This document shows positions 48,511 to 61,045 of a stretch of DNA of 64,000 bases, one piece after another (positions within the stretch are counted from its first letter, which is position 1; each line of letters opens with the position of its first letter). The stretch is taken from NCBI RefSeq assembly GCF_044704955.1, contig NC_091977.1:193936001-194000000 (forward strand), in the 5' to 3' direction. The DNA is from Pristiophorus japonicus. Taxonomy: Eukaryota. Below the pieces are notes generated by a model, which was not told where the DNA came from, did no database searches, and saw only the letters and a list, made by a program, of their open reading frames with translations. Both the position numbers and the translations under genes were made by a program.

Positions 48511-49024
48511 GATGTCTAAATATTAAAGTAATAAAAGCCATTTAAATACAATGTATGATTACACTGAAATTCTTTAAGAAAGAATTTGACAAGATTCTGA
48601 GAGAGAAGAACATTGGGACATATTGAGAGCAGGGTGGATTCGTTAAGTTCACTTACTGATGCGTCATGCCAGGCCTTGTTTTTTTAAAGCTTATTTGATT
48701 GCATTACAGCGTTTTAACTCCAGCTGTCCCTGTTTTTTGTCTATCCCAGGAGCTAGCATTACTAGTTCTTGGGGACTCTAGTGCTTGCCATTGCACTGCC
48801 TCGGAGGTAGGGTGGGCATTGTTCAGCCACAGGGTCTTTTCTGCACTGTTTTGTATATAAATAAAATATTGTTGGAGAGTCTGTAGCAATATGAAGCTTG
48901 GTTGCTCTGAGCAAAGGGTGATGTAGTGGTGATGACTTCCTTATACTATATTTACAGTCTAAACAGTGTTATCTCCTCTATCTGTAGCTGATATTGTAAT
49001 GTAGCTATAGGCATGTTACTAAAA

Positions 49025-49355
49025 TCATCATCATCATCATAGGCAGTCCCTCGGAATCAAGGAAGACCCTTCCACTCCAAAAATGAGTCCCTAGGTGGCT
49101 GAACGGTCCAATACGAGAACCACAGTCCCTGTCACAGGTGGGACAGATAGTCGTTGAGGAAAAGGGTGGGTGGGACTGGTTTGTCACACGCTCTTTCCGG
49201 TGCCTGTGCTTGACTTCTGCATGCTCTCAACGATGAGACTCGAGGTGCTCAGCGCCCTCCCGGATGCACTTCCACCACTTAGGGCGGTCTTTGGCCAAGG
49301 ACTCTCAGGTGTCAGTGGGGATGTTGCACTTTATCAGGGAGGCTTTGAGGGTGTA
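49025..49355 (-). mobile_element. RTE-clade LINE 3' end
   Basis: TLKASLIKC..WESLA..CPTCDRDCGSRIG.FSH..TH (C2H2-like C-terminus) and a (GAT)n tail. Confidence 0.8.
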
Positions 49356-50254
49356 CTAAAAGGTCAACTAGCAAATGGTGGAATTGGCCTCTGTCCTGTT
49401 TTAGTCTGAACAATCTAATTTTTCAGTTAGTTGTTCACAGATTTATAAAATCTAAATTGGAAAACAAAAAACTGGTTAAGAACGTAAGAAAAAGTAATGG
49501 ACAGGAAAAGGCAACTCAGCCCATCAATCTCGCCTCTCCAGTATTTCAATTCACCCACGCTGGCATCCAACAGCATCTTTACCTCCCCCAACATCTTTGA
49601 TTGTCCTGTCAACTGTGTATTTTGTCTTTGAACTTTGGAACCAGCCAAATTACCTTTTCAGTCTTATAAATTTCTACGTACCTTACCTGCTAGATCTTTC
49701 CATGCGTTAGTCATCCTTTGAGCAAGAATTTTTCTCTAAGTTCTTTTTAAAATGTAATTTTTACTAACTTATTTATATCCTCTTGTTCTACTGGCCTGAC
49801 TGACCTGCAAATAATATTCAAGATTCATCTTGTCTATGCCATTTAATATTGTTATTATACCTCTGTGACATTGTTCCTTAACTATGTTCTCTCTATACTG
49901 TAGAGGTTAAACTTCTCTCATATTCTTTTGTAGCTTATCCACTTTACACTTTAAATGATTCTTATTGCTCTTTTGTGTATCCTTTCTGATGCATGTATGT
50001 CCTTTTGAAGTGTGCTGACTAAAATTAGAGACAGTATTCCAAGTGGGTTCTGACCATTAGAAAGCATTATCTCTAGATTTATCCTGCACTGTTCTTGGGA
50101 GTGTCCCAACAGACTATTGGCATCAAAAGATTTTTTTTTTTCCTTGTTTATTCTTTTATTTTTTGACATAGAGGCAATGATAATCAAGGTTTGCAATGAC
50201 TTGCTAAAGCAAATATCAACAACCCTTTTTAAAAATTCATTCTTGAGATGTAGG

Positions 50255-50596
50255 CATCCCTCCCCAGTTGTCCTGAAGGTGGTGATTGGCCTTCACAACT
50301 AAGTGGCTCGCTGGGCCACTTCAGAGAGAAGTTAAGAGTCAAACACATTGGTGTGGGACTAGTTACATATAGGCCAGACCGGATAAGGACGGTAAGTTTC
50401 CTTCTCTAATGGACATCACTTAGCCAGTTGGATGTTTAGGACAATCAAACAGTTTCACGGTCACTTTTACTGATAACAGCTTTTTATTTGGAGATTTTTT
50501 TTAAACTGAAGTCAAATTCTCAAAATACCATGGGATTTGAACTCGGATTCTCATGTACTATTAGTCCAGTAACAAAACCACTGCACTACCATACCC
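50255..50596 (-). mobile_element. tRNA-derived SINE of a second family with a LINE-derived tail
   Basis: The reverse complement starts GGGTATGGTAGTGCAGTGGTT (A-box-like) ..GAGTTCAAATCCCA (B-box-like) and ends in a TTCAGGACAACT..GGGATG tail like the LINE at 45362. Confidence 0.6.
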
Positions 50597-51353
50597 TTGC
50601 ACGAGCCCATGGTTTTGGACCTGGCAAAAGGTGGCACCACAGCCAAAGCCTGTAAGTCAGTACAAAAATGTTTCCCAAATATTCTCTCCTTCCCCAACAT
50701 TTCTTACTTTTACAGCCAGTTCAGTTCATGCAATGAACATTATTTTGAATTGGCTTATTGTACAGTGGTTCTGGTCTCCATATCAGTTAAGTAAAGCCCG
50801 CTGGCTGTGCTTGAATAAACATGCAGAGCTTACTGTGCAATCACTGGTCCTTCAGTGTTGCTCTTTAACTATGTACAGTGTCCTGGTCTTTTACACAGGA
50901 GTGACTTCTAGACATATCTCAATGGTTCAGATAGCAATTCTAAATTGCTCAAGCTACATTAGCTGCTGCCTGGCTGTCGGCCTTGGACATCTGTTATTCC
51001 ATTTAATTTCTCTATTTATACCTCATTTTCTCTCTCTTATCTCTCCTTTCTTTTCTTAGTACAGTCTTGATCTCCCCTCACCACTTCCTCTTCCACCAGC
51101 ATCTGTCAGAGACACCAAGTCACCACCAGGATTCATTACTGCAAAGATTCCAGATTCCTAAATAATGGCAATTTACTCAGCTGGCATGGGAAAAACAGGA
51201 TGTTCAGAGAAAAGGGAAACAATTTGGAGGATTTGGGAAGATGAATCGCAAATGGCATTTGCTGTTGATTATAAGGTATCTGTTATTAAAATTGATATAT
51301 ATGAAGGAGGTATTATTGTAATTGCTAAAATAATGGGGGAAATATGAATATAG

Positions 51354-51470
51354 AGAAAATGCTGGAAACACTCAGCAGGTCAGGCAGCATCTGTGGAGAG
51401 AGAAACAGAGTTAACGTTTCAGGACGGTGACCTTTCATCAGACTTTTTCCAGCAGCCGCAGTATTTTGCT
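51354..51470 (-). mobile_element. Penelope-like terminal repeat fragment with a hammerhead-like core
   Basis: Minus strand CTGATGA-AAGGTCACCGTCCT-GAAACGTTAACTCTGTTTC, then CAGATGCTGCCTGACCTGCTGAG..TCCAGCATTTTC. Confidence 0.5.
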
Positions 51471-52008
51471 TTAGTATGGATATGGAGAGCTACTTTGGGT
51501 AAAACTGGAACTGAAAATCCAGAGGCACGATGATAAACTTTGTATAAGGAACAATGGTCAGTATTTCCTTCTGTTCACTAATGTTAATGAAACATTCAGT
51601 GCGAGTGTTACAAATTCTTGTCTACCTTGTTACTTTCTCTGGTTTTAGTTGTGTCACTTACCACCATAAACAGTCTGAACAGCTTACCTTTATGGGAGTT
51701 GACTCGCATAGTCCTAAATCTACATGTACGACTGGATGTTTAACAATGATACCTCTTGTGACCTGAATCAGATATCCATCTATTTAGCTATCTGTTATCA
51801 ATTTCGGTGAAGGCAGACCAAGTTAGATGAAGTAGAGCTTAGCTGGAATTGGTAAACTGCTTTAGTCCGCAGGAGGTTTTATATTCAAAGCCATATTTAT
51901 AATCAGATTTGTTTAGTTCAATTAATATATCTTATCTCTGCATAATAACTTAAAAATAATGAACATGCTGCGCTACTCTATTTCAGTGTTACTGAGTGAG
52001 AATTTTAT

Positions 52009-52698
52009 GGGGAGAAATTGGTCTTCTCTGCGCTTCCCATAGCGCCTCCAGGCGGCAATAATGGGGCGCTATCGGTTCTGTGACCAGGCGTGGCAAGAGT
52101 ACTGACGTCTGCGACATTGCCGAGGAGGTTTGCAGTGGCGGTAACCTCTCGCGCCACAATCTCCTGCGCCCCGGAGATCATGACGTCATCCGGCTGTGCA
52201 GTGCACCGGATGCAAACTTCGGTTCCATCCCCTGCAGCATCGCTGGGCATCAACACTGGCAGCTGCAGGAGATGTTGTTAGGGAGGCCGGCCGCTAGGGA
52301 AACGGTATTTAAAGGTGATGACGCTTGGGTAAGTAAAAAATGTGTTTTCAGCTCTTGGGTGATTTCTTTTCCATTCTGTTCTGCTGTGATTGATCAGCCT
52401 GCACTCTGTTAGAGTGCTTGGGGTTGATCATCGCAGATTGCGGCTGTGGTCGGCGACCAGGGAAATCCTTTAATACAGAGCCTGCAGCAATGGCCCTTCC
52501 CTTTAAGGGAGGGAAGGAGCCTACGATCCTGGCAGCACTGCACTCAACATTGTACATCGCTGCACTGCTACCGCACCTTTTGCCGGCTTTAGCGCTCCAA
52601 GCGAAGTGGTAGCGCTTGGTTTGGTGCTCCACTTGCTTCCTGGAGTGCTAAACGCAAAAGTTATTGCCCTAAAAGGGTCGCTATGCAATTTCTAGCCA
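52009..52698. mobile_element. Harbinger-type MITE related to 46325-47081, opposite orientation
   Basis: Ends GGGGAGAAATTG and (reverse complement) GGCTAGAAATTG. Shares TAGCGCCTCCAGG and ATGACGTCATC blocks with the reverse complement of the 46325 MITE. Confidence 0.7.
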
Positions 52699-53339
52699 TT
52701 AGACTCATACAGCACAAAAGGAGGCCATTCAGCACATCATGCCTGTGCCGGCTCTTTCAAAGAGCTATCCAATTTAGTCCCAATACCCTGCTCTTTCCCC
52801 ATAGCCATGCAAATTTTTCTATTTGAAGTATATATCCAATTCCCTTTTAAAAGTTACTATTGAATCTGCTTCCACCACCCTTGTAGTGCATTCCAGATCA
52901 TAACAACTCGCTGCATAAAACATTTCTCCTAATCTTCCCTCTGGATTTTTTGCCAATTATCTTAAATCTGTGTCCTCTGGTTACCGACCCTCCTGCCAGT
53001 GGAAACAGCTTTTCCCTATCTACTCTAAACAAACCCCATATAATTTTGAAGACTTTTATTAACCCTTAACCTTCTCTCCTTTAATCATAACTTCTCTAGT
53101 CTCATTATTTAACTGAAGTACCCCTGGTACCATTCTAGTAAAACTCCTCTAGTAAATATCCTCTTCTTTCTAAGGCCTTGACATCCTTCCTAAAGTGTGG
53201 TGCCCAGAATTAAATATAATACTCCAGCTGAGACTTAACCAGTGATTTATAAAGGATTAGATTTTGTACTCTATGCATCTATTTATAAAGGCAGGAATTC
53301 CATATGCTTTTTAACAGTCCTGCCACCTTCAAAGATTTT

Positions 53340-53930
53340 GGGCCCGAAATTGATGGCCGCCCACTGCTGCCGACATTCCTCTTGAAGTTGCGCCCAGTGG
53401 CACTTTCCATTTGGTGTGGAGTGGGCGGGCAGGGAGAACTACCGGGAACCACCGGCTGACGTCAGCGGACGGCCGAGTGGCGCAACTGACCTCCCGCCTG
53501 CCGAGATGCCATATTGATGCGGGCGGGAGTCGGTGCCAGAACGGGGAAGGACCGCTGGCTGGAGGCTGTTCTATCTCCAACGGTGAGTATGAAGAGCTGA
53601 AAAAAAAAGTTAGTAAACATCTTTTACATTTTTTCTTTACAGCGATTTACTCTGAAGGTGTTCCGATGGTTTTTTTTTTGATGATTTTCATTTTCAGGTC
53701 TTCGACCCTCCGTGGACCTGACTCCATCCTTGGCGGCACTTGGGCGGCAAGCGTCTTTGCTGCTGAGATTGGGAGCTCCCACCGGCCGCCGCCCAGATTG
53801 GCGACATAAGTCCCTCTTTTGCCGCCCGCCACCATTTCAAGGACCTTTTTGATGAAAACCCCACCGGAAGCACCGTCAAGTTCCTTGCCGGTCCTTTGGG
53901 CGGGCTGGGGCCTTCACCAATTTCAGCCCC
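53340..53930. mobile_element. Harbinger-type MITE (591 bp)
   Basis: TIRs GGGCCCGAAATTG and (reverse complement) GGGGCTGAAATTG, flanked by ttt/ttg. Interrupts the CR1. Confidence 0.85.
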
Positions 53931-54531
53931 TTGAGCCCCAGGTCTCTCTGTTCCTGTACTCCCTTTTCAGATTGTAACATTTAGTTTATAATGCCTCTCC
54001 TCATTCTTCCTACCAAAATGCATCACTTTACATTTCCCTACATTAAATTTCATCTGCCATGTGTCTGTCCATTTCACAAGTCTGTCGATGTCCTTCTGAA
54101 GTCTATTACTATCATTCTTACTGTTTACTATTTTTCCGAGTTTCATGTCATCTGCAAACTTTTAAATTATGCCCCTGTATACCCAAGTCCAGGTCATTAA
54201 TATATATCAAAAAGAGCAGTGGTCCCAATACTAACCCCTGGGGGACATCACTGTATACTTCCCTCCAGACTGAAAAACAACTGGTCACCACTACTCTGCT
54301 TCCTGTCTCTTTGCCAATTCATATCCATGTAGCCACTGCCCCTTTAATCTGATGGGCTTCACTTTTGCTCACAAATCTATTATGTGTCACTATTAACACT
54401 CTCTGTTATTTAATCGAAGGACTCAATCAAGTTCGTCAGACATGATTGGTCTTTAACAAATCTGTGTTGATTGTCATTTATTAACCCATACTTTTCCAAG
54501 TGACAGTTTTATCCCAAATTATAGTTTCTAA

Positions 54532-55118
54532 GGGCTAGACTTTCACCTTCATTTTCGGCGGTTTTCTCGGTGGTACAGCTGTTTTTTGATGAAAATCCGC
54601 CCAGCCAAAGTTTCCTCCTTATATTTTTTAAAGAGTTCCGCCCACATTTTGAAAATACCGCCGGGCAGCAAACTGCCCACCTGCATCTGCGTGCACCGCC
54701 CACAAAAAGCTGCTCGAAACAGGGCGGTAGGTGAGTACCCTGCAAAGAAAGGTAAGTTTAAGGTGTTTTATAATTATTTCTAAAATTCTATAACGGCGAA
54801 TACGTTAAAAAGTGTCTTGAGAATGTTTTATAACTTTTTAGTTTTTGTTTCATTGAAAAAATATTTTTTGAGTTTTCCCCCCTCCCTAGGCCCAACTGCA
54901 GTCTCGGACTAAATTTTAGTACTTACCATCCATTCCGGTAAGAACTGCCCGTTTCACCTCGTTTCACCTTTCAAGAATCTTGGTGCAAGATCCATTTTCT
55001 TGCCGGGCGATATTTTTTACCTTTATTATGGAAAGTTTCGCCAGCGTTAGTTGCAGAACGTTAACGGTGTTTCTGGGCGGCAATCGAGCGGTGAGGGGCT
55101 TTATGGAAAGTCTAGCCC
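54532..55118. mobile_element. Harbinger-type MITE (587 bp)
   Basis: Perfect 13-bp TIR GGGCTAGACTTTC / GAAAGTCTAGCCC, flanked by taa/tag. Interrupts the CR1. Confidence 0.9.
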
Positions 55119-55319
55119 TAGATGTTTCCCCACCATCAACATTAGACTGACTGGCCTGTAGTTGCAGGATTTATCCCTCTGCCTTTTTTTAAGCAGTGCT
55201 TTAACATTTGGAATCCTCCAGTCCTCTGGCACCACTCTCCTATGCAAGGAGGATTCAAAGATTGTAGCCACAGCTTCTGCTATTCCTACCCTTACTTCAC
55301 TCAGCAATCTAGGATGGTA

Positions 55320-57112
55320 TAATCAACCTGGTCCCCTAGAGGATGAGACTGGGGAATTAACAATGGGGAACAGGTAAATGGCAGAGACTTTGAACAAATA
55401 TTTTGTATTGGTCTTTACAGTAGAAGACACTAAAAACATCCCAATAGGGGATAATCAAGGGGCTATAGCGAGGGAGGAACTTAAAATAATCACTATCACT
55501 AAAGAAAAAGTACTCGGTAAAATAATGGGACTAAAGGTGGACAATCCCCTGGACCTGATGGCTTGCATCCTAGGGTCTTAAAAGAAGTGGCTGCAGAGAT
55601 AGTGGATGCATTGGTTGTAATCTACCAAAATTCCCTGGATTCTGGAGAGGTCTCAGCGGATTGGAAAACCGCAAACGTAACCCCCCTATTTTAAAAAGGA
55701 GGCTGACAAAAAGCAGGAAATGATAGACCAGTTAGTCTAACATCTGTCATTGGGAAAATGCTGGAGTCCATTATTAAGGCGGCAGCAGCAGGACATTTGG
55801 AAAAGCATAATATAGTCAAGCAGAGTCAGCATGGTTTTATGAAATGGAAATCATATTTGACAAATTTGCTGGAGTTCTCTGAGGCTGTAACGAGCAGAGT
55901 GAATAAGGGGGAACCAGTGGATGTGGTGTATTTGGATTTCCAGAAGGCATTCGATAAGGTGCCATGTAAAAGGCTACTGCACAAGATGAGAGCTCACGGG
56001 GTTGGGAGTAATATATTAGCATGGATAGCGGATTGGCTAACTAATAGAAAACAGAGAGTCAGGATAAATGGGTCATTTTCTGGTTGGCAAACGGTAACTA
56101 GTGGGGTGCCACAGGGATTGTTGCTAGGTCCTCAACTATTTAAAATCTATATTAATGACTTGGATGAAGGGACCGAGTGTAATGTAGTCAAATTTGCTGA
56201 TAATAAAAAGATGGGTGGAAAGCAAGTTGTGAGGAGGACACAAAAAATCTACAAAGGGATATAGACAGGCTAAGTGAGTGGGCAAACATTTGGCAGATGG
56301 AGTATAATGTGGGAAAGTGTGAGGTTATCCACTTTGGCAGGAAAAATAAAAAAGCAAATTATTCTTTAAATAGAGAGAAATTACAAAATGCTACAGTGCA
56401 GAGGAACCTGGGGGTCCTGGTGCATGAAACACAAAAAGTGAGTATGTAGGTACAGCAAGTAATCAGGAAGGTAAATGGAATGTTGGCCTTTATTGCAAGG
56501 GGGATGGAGTATAAAAGCAGGGAAGTCCTGCTACAACTGTACAGGTATTGGTGAGGCCACATTTAGAGACAGTTTTGGTCACCTTATTTAAGGAGGGGTA
56601 TACTTGCATTGGAGGCAGTTCAGAGCAGTTTCACTAGGTTGATTCCTGAGATGAAGGGGTTGACTTATGAAGAAAGGTTGAACAAGTTGGGCCTATACTC
56701 ATTGGAGTTTAGAAGAATGAGAGGTGATCTTATTGAAACATATAAGATACTGAGGGGGCTCGACAAGGTAGATGCAGAGAGGATGTTTCCCTCGTGGGGG
56801 AATCTAGAACTAGGATGTATAGTTTCAGAATAAGGAGTCACCCATTTAGAACTGAAATGAGGAGGAATTTCTTCTCTCAGAGGGTTGTAAATCTGTGGAA
56901 TCCTCTACCCCAGAGAGCTGTGGAGACTGGGTCATTGAATATATTTAAGGTGGAGATAGACAGATTTTTGAATGAGAAGGGAGTGAAAGGTTATGGGGAG
57001 CGGGCAGGAAAGTGGAGTTGAGCCCAAGATCAGATTAGCCATGATATTAAATGGTGGAGCAGGCTCAACAGGCCAAATGGCCTACACCTGCTCCTATTTC
57101 TTATGTTCTTAT
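55320..57112 (+). mobile_element. 5'-truncated CR1 (RT plus 3' tail), same subfamily as 37395-41460
   Basis: Closely similar to 39660-41460 (GTCCCYTAGAGGATGAGACT.., YLDFQKAFDKVP, RVVNLWN.LP, tail TTATGTTCTTAT). Confidence 0.92.
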
Positions 57113-57701
57113 GATGCATCCCATCTGGAATGGGTGACTTTACAACTTTGAGCGATGCCAACCTTTTAAATACCTCTTTATTTTTATCCTATCCAATTTC
57201 TCTATCCCTTCCGCTTTACTGCGGCATTGGCAGCATCATCTTTTGTGAAGACAAATACAACTTATTCATTTAATACCTCTACCAACACAAGAAAATCTCC
57301 TTTTTGGTCCCTAATCGGCCCCACCCTTCCTTTGACAATCCTTTTGTCTCTTTATATGTTTATAAAAGACTTTAGTGTTCCCTTTTATGTTGCCTGCTAA
57401 CCTTTTCTCGTACACTCTTTTTGCATCCTTATTCAGTTCTCCTCTGTGCTTTGCTTTCTGCTCGACTCAAAAAAACGAACTTTTCTGTATTTTGAATTCT
57501 TGAGCTTGACTTTTTTGGGGTCTTTTTGCCTCAGCAATTTCTCTCTTGCAAAAGCCACACTGCGTTTTAGGTGTAGTTGCTCTGCTTAATTTCTGACTGC
57601 TCAGTCAAAAAGTGATCGGAAACCTTGCAAAAAAAACGAAATGTTCTGGTTACAGAGACAAGCTACTGAATTATTCATTATTTAAAGTCGAAGAAGAAAT
57701 T

Positions 57702-58078
57702 CATCATCATAGGCAGTCCCTCGGAATCGAGGAAGACTTGCTTCCACTCCTAAAGTGAGTTCTTTGGTGGCTGAACAGTCCAATACGAGAGCCACAGACC
57801 CTGTCACAGGTGGGACAGACATTCGTCGAGGGAAGGGGGGGGACTGATTTGTCGCACGCTCCTTCCGCTGCCTGCGCCTGACCTCTTCACGCTTGCAGCG
57901 TTGACATTCGAAGAGCTCAACGCCCTCCCGGATGCACTTTCTCCACCTAGGGCAGTCTTCGGCCAGGGACCCCCAGGTGTCAGTGGTGATGTCGCACTTT
58001 ACCAGGGAGGCTTTGAGGGTGTCCTTGTAACGTTTCCACTGCCCACCTTTGGCTCGTTTGCCGTGAAGGAGCTCCGCA
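57702..58078 (-). mobile_element. RTE-clade LINE 3' end, same family as 49025
   Basis: ELLHGKRAKGGQWKRYKDTLKASLVKC..W.SLAED.PRWRKCIREG and a (GAT)n tail. Confidence 0.85.
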
Positions 58079-59265
58079 TTGCTCATGTATTGAAGCTAGA
58101 TCATAAGAAGCCTAACTAGCTACCATCTCATTAAATTTAGGAAATCAAATGAAAGTGTAGGGCAGCTTAACAGTTGAAAGCAGATTCACTAAGCATAAAG
58201 CATAAGTTTAATCTTTTCACCGATTTGCTCCTCTGACAGAGTTGACTTCTTATTGGGGTATGGTTTTACAGGTACTAGTACCTCATCCAAATGTGGCTTT
58301 TATTCACGTGAGCCTCTGCAGTAAATGTTGGAATGTTATAAGATCACGGAGGTGTTGCAACTGAGTGTAATACTGTCCCAAAACCTAATATGTAGACTTC
58401 CAGCAGTGGTTATTGGAGAGGAGCATTACTCTGACCTAATTTTTTTCTTCGTTCCTTAACCCAAAGATGCTGAAGACATAAAAAGCTACCTATGACTTGC
58501 TATAACTCTCAACTTCACATGGTAACTCATCAGAAATTGATAAAGGTTTATAAAGGAGGAAATCCAGACACCCTTAAGGTCTGTTTTGTAATTCCCTTAT
58601 TTTTCTCTTACCTTCCAGCAGTGTGTTTTCAGATTTGAAAATGCACAGATTAGTGCTTCTCTGTCTGGCAATCTGATGAGCATGTGTACCCTGCCCACAG
58701 GTTAACTGTGCAGGCACAGGGTCTCTAGCAGCGGTCATGTACTATGCAGCCATGTGTGAAAATCATTACTATTCCTGACGGGAACCTATCACAGCAAATA
58801 ATTTAAGACTAGCTGTCTGGAGCTTTTACTATTGAATACCAAATGTAAAGTATGCTTTCAGCTGGGCATATAATGTAATCAGATCCTACAGTTTTAACTA
58901 CAGAAGTCCCAATTGTTAAAGTGTCTGATTATGCATATTATATGAAGCTCCCTCAGTGTAGAGAAGCCATATACATCAACCGTACCAGAACATTCTTCAA
59001 TATTGGTCCCAAAGGTAGGTATTAAACTGAGCCAGCTTTATTTTACCAGGTCACTACTGTGCAAATTCAGTTCCTGTTTGAGCACAGGCTGATGTACTAG
59101 CATTTTACTGAACGGTGGATTGTTTAGACTTTTACTGTAAAGAAGGAGGATCTTACTAGAATTTGGCTGTCATTTGTTACATGGGTGAAGAGACATCAGT
59201 TAATAATTGTTGATACCTATGTCACATTGTTTATTGGCTTTTGCCTGGTCTTTTTGCTCCAACAG

Positions 59266-59417
59266 AAATTATAAAGCAACATTTGACAAGCTAGGCATCT
59301 GGTATGAGCATCGGTTAATCGATGACATGGTGGCTCAGATGCTGAAGTCCTCAGGAGGTTTTGTTTGGGCTTGTAAGAACTACGACGGAGATGTTCAGTC
59401 TGACATCCTGGCGCAAG
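59266..59417 (+). CDS. IDH2: IDH2 exon equivalent to exon 7
   Basis: caacag|[52 protein letters not shown]|gtaat; 152 bp. Contains the metal-binding aspartates ([13 protein letters not shown]). Confidence 0.97.
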
Positions 59418-60149
59418 GTAATTCTCATTTAAAGAGAGACAACTGATACTTGGCTCAGCTTCTTTAAAGCATTTGCCATGTATCTGCTGATCACAATGAA
59501 GGTGTAGATACTTTCTTGGTTCCAGTGGCATTAGTCGCTGCCATCAATGGTCTATCTTATTTCTATGGGAGCTGTTTCACATTACTCTGCATCTTTTCCA
59601 TCTCTTTCCTCCTTTAAGATGCCCTTTAAAACCTACCTCTTTGACCAAGCTGTCCTAATATCTCCTTATGCGTCTCGGTGTCAAATTTTGTTTGATACGC
59701 TTCTGTGTAGCGCCTTGCGACATTTTACTATATTAAATATGCTATATAGATGCAAGTTGCCATTTTATGGTAGGATAATCTGGGAATGTAATAGAAATTC
59801 CCCCTGTTGACCTGAACTAGATTTATGTGTCTTTTGCAAAGTTACTTATTTCTTCAATCATTCTGAAGATGGGCCAAGCAAACACTTGGTGAAACACTGC
59901 TTGATGTGCCTTATTGCACAGCACATGAACATACAATTAAAGTCAAAAGTCATTTATTCTGTTCAGCTTCACATTGTTTTCCATACATAAAGAAAATAAT
60001 GAACTTGACATACTGTTCCTCGTAGGAGGACTGACTTGCTTGTTATTTCAGAATTCTCTTACTTCCCCCTCGGCGCCATCCACTTCTTTATCAACATGGT
60101 GTCCCACTGGTAACAACATCTGCTGGCACAGGGGGCTGAGGATACTTAG

Positions 60150-61045
60150 CTCTAGCTCTCAATCACTTCTCCCAAACACTCAACTGCCCCCATGTGGTCA
60201 GACTGCTTATTTGACATTAAGTCCTAGATGAGTTGCAGCTTCCTCCAGCTCAACATCAGGAAGACCAAATTAATCGTCTCTGCTGCAAACTCCACTCCAT
60301 TACCACTGGCTCAATCTCTTTGTCCAGCTGCACTTTCCAATTGAACCAGTTCATTCGCTATCATGGCATCCTGTTTGTCCTTGAGGTGAGCTTTAAACCG
60401 CACACCTTATCTAAGATTGCATATTTCCACCTCTGTAACATTGTCCACCTCTGCCCTTACCCCAGCCCCTCTGCAGCTGAAACTCTTATGAAAGCCTTTA
60501 TCGCCACCAGACATGACTTTCTAATGCTGTTCTTCACCCTCCATAAATCACAACTTGTCCAAAACTCTGCTGCACATGCCCTGTTCCTTATTAAATTGCG
60601 CTTATGTATCACCCTTGTTGATCTAAACTAACCTCTCACCCCCAATGCATTTGATTCTGAAATCCTTGTACTTGTCCATATCCCTGAATGTCCTAGCCCC
60701 ACCCCATCTCTACAATCTCCTGCAGCCCTGTAACCCCTCCAGCCCTGTAACCTCTCCTGAGTATGCGACTCTTGACACTGGCCTTCTGTGTATCTTTCAC
60801 TTCCTTGACTAACCATTGGTGTCAGAGTCTTCAGCCACCTCAATCTTGATCTTTTAAAGTTGCTCCCTAAACCTCTTCACCTCTGCACTTCTCACTCCAA
60901 CTTTCAAAACCTATCACTTTGATTTAGTTTTGGTCACCCTTTATAATTGTTGCCTTACAGCTCTGTGTCTGTTTTGTTATGCCTGTTTGTGAAGAGCCTT
61001 AAAATTTTTGTTTACATTAAAGGCCCTTGTATAAATGCAAGTTGT
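60150..61045 (+). mobile_element. L2 LINE 3' remnant (a separate short L2 tail lies at about 59590-59760)
   Basis: LQLNI.KT, KIAYFHL.NI..L.PY.SPSAAETL..AFI..R.D and QLVQNSAA, with tail TATAAATGCAAGTTG. Confidence 0.7.

Larger units (their letters stand above)
52702..57450 (-). mobile_element. Old CR1 ORF2 3' half, interrupted by two MITEs and a younger CR1
   Basis: Minus-strand RT remnants (VPEDWRIPNV..YRPVSL, GDVPQGLVLGP, FADD) continue across 53340-53930, 54532-55118 and 55320-57112. Confidence 0.75.

Noticed and set aside
23657-59417. IDH1 assignment, suggested by WVKP..RHAYGDQYRA
   Set aside because: Exon boundaries and sizes, and motifs such as [19 protein letters not shown] and [11 protein letters not shown], match IDH2.
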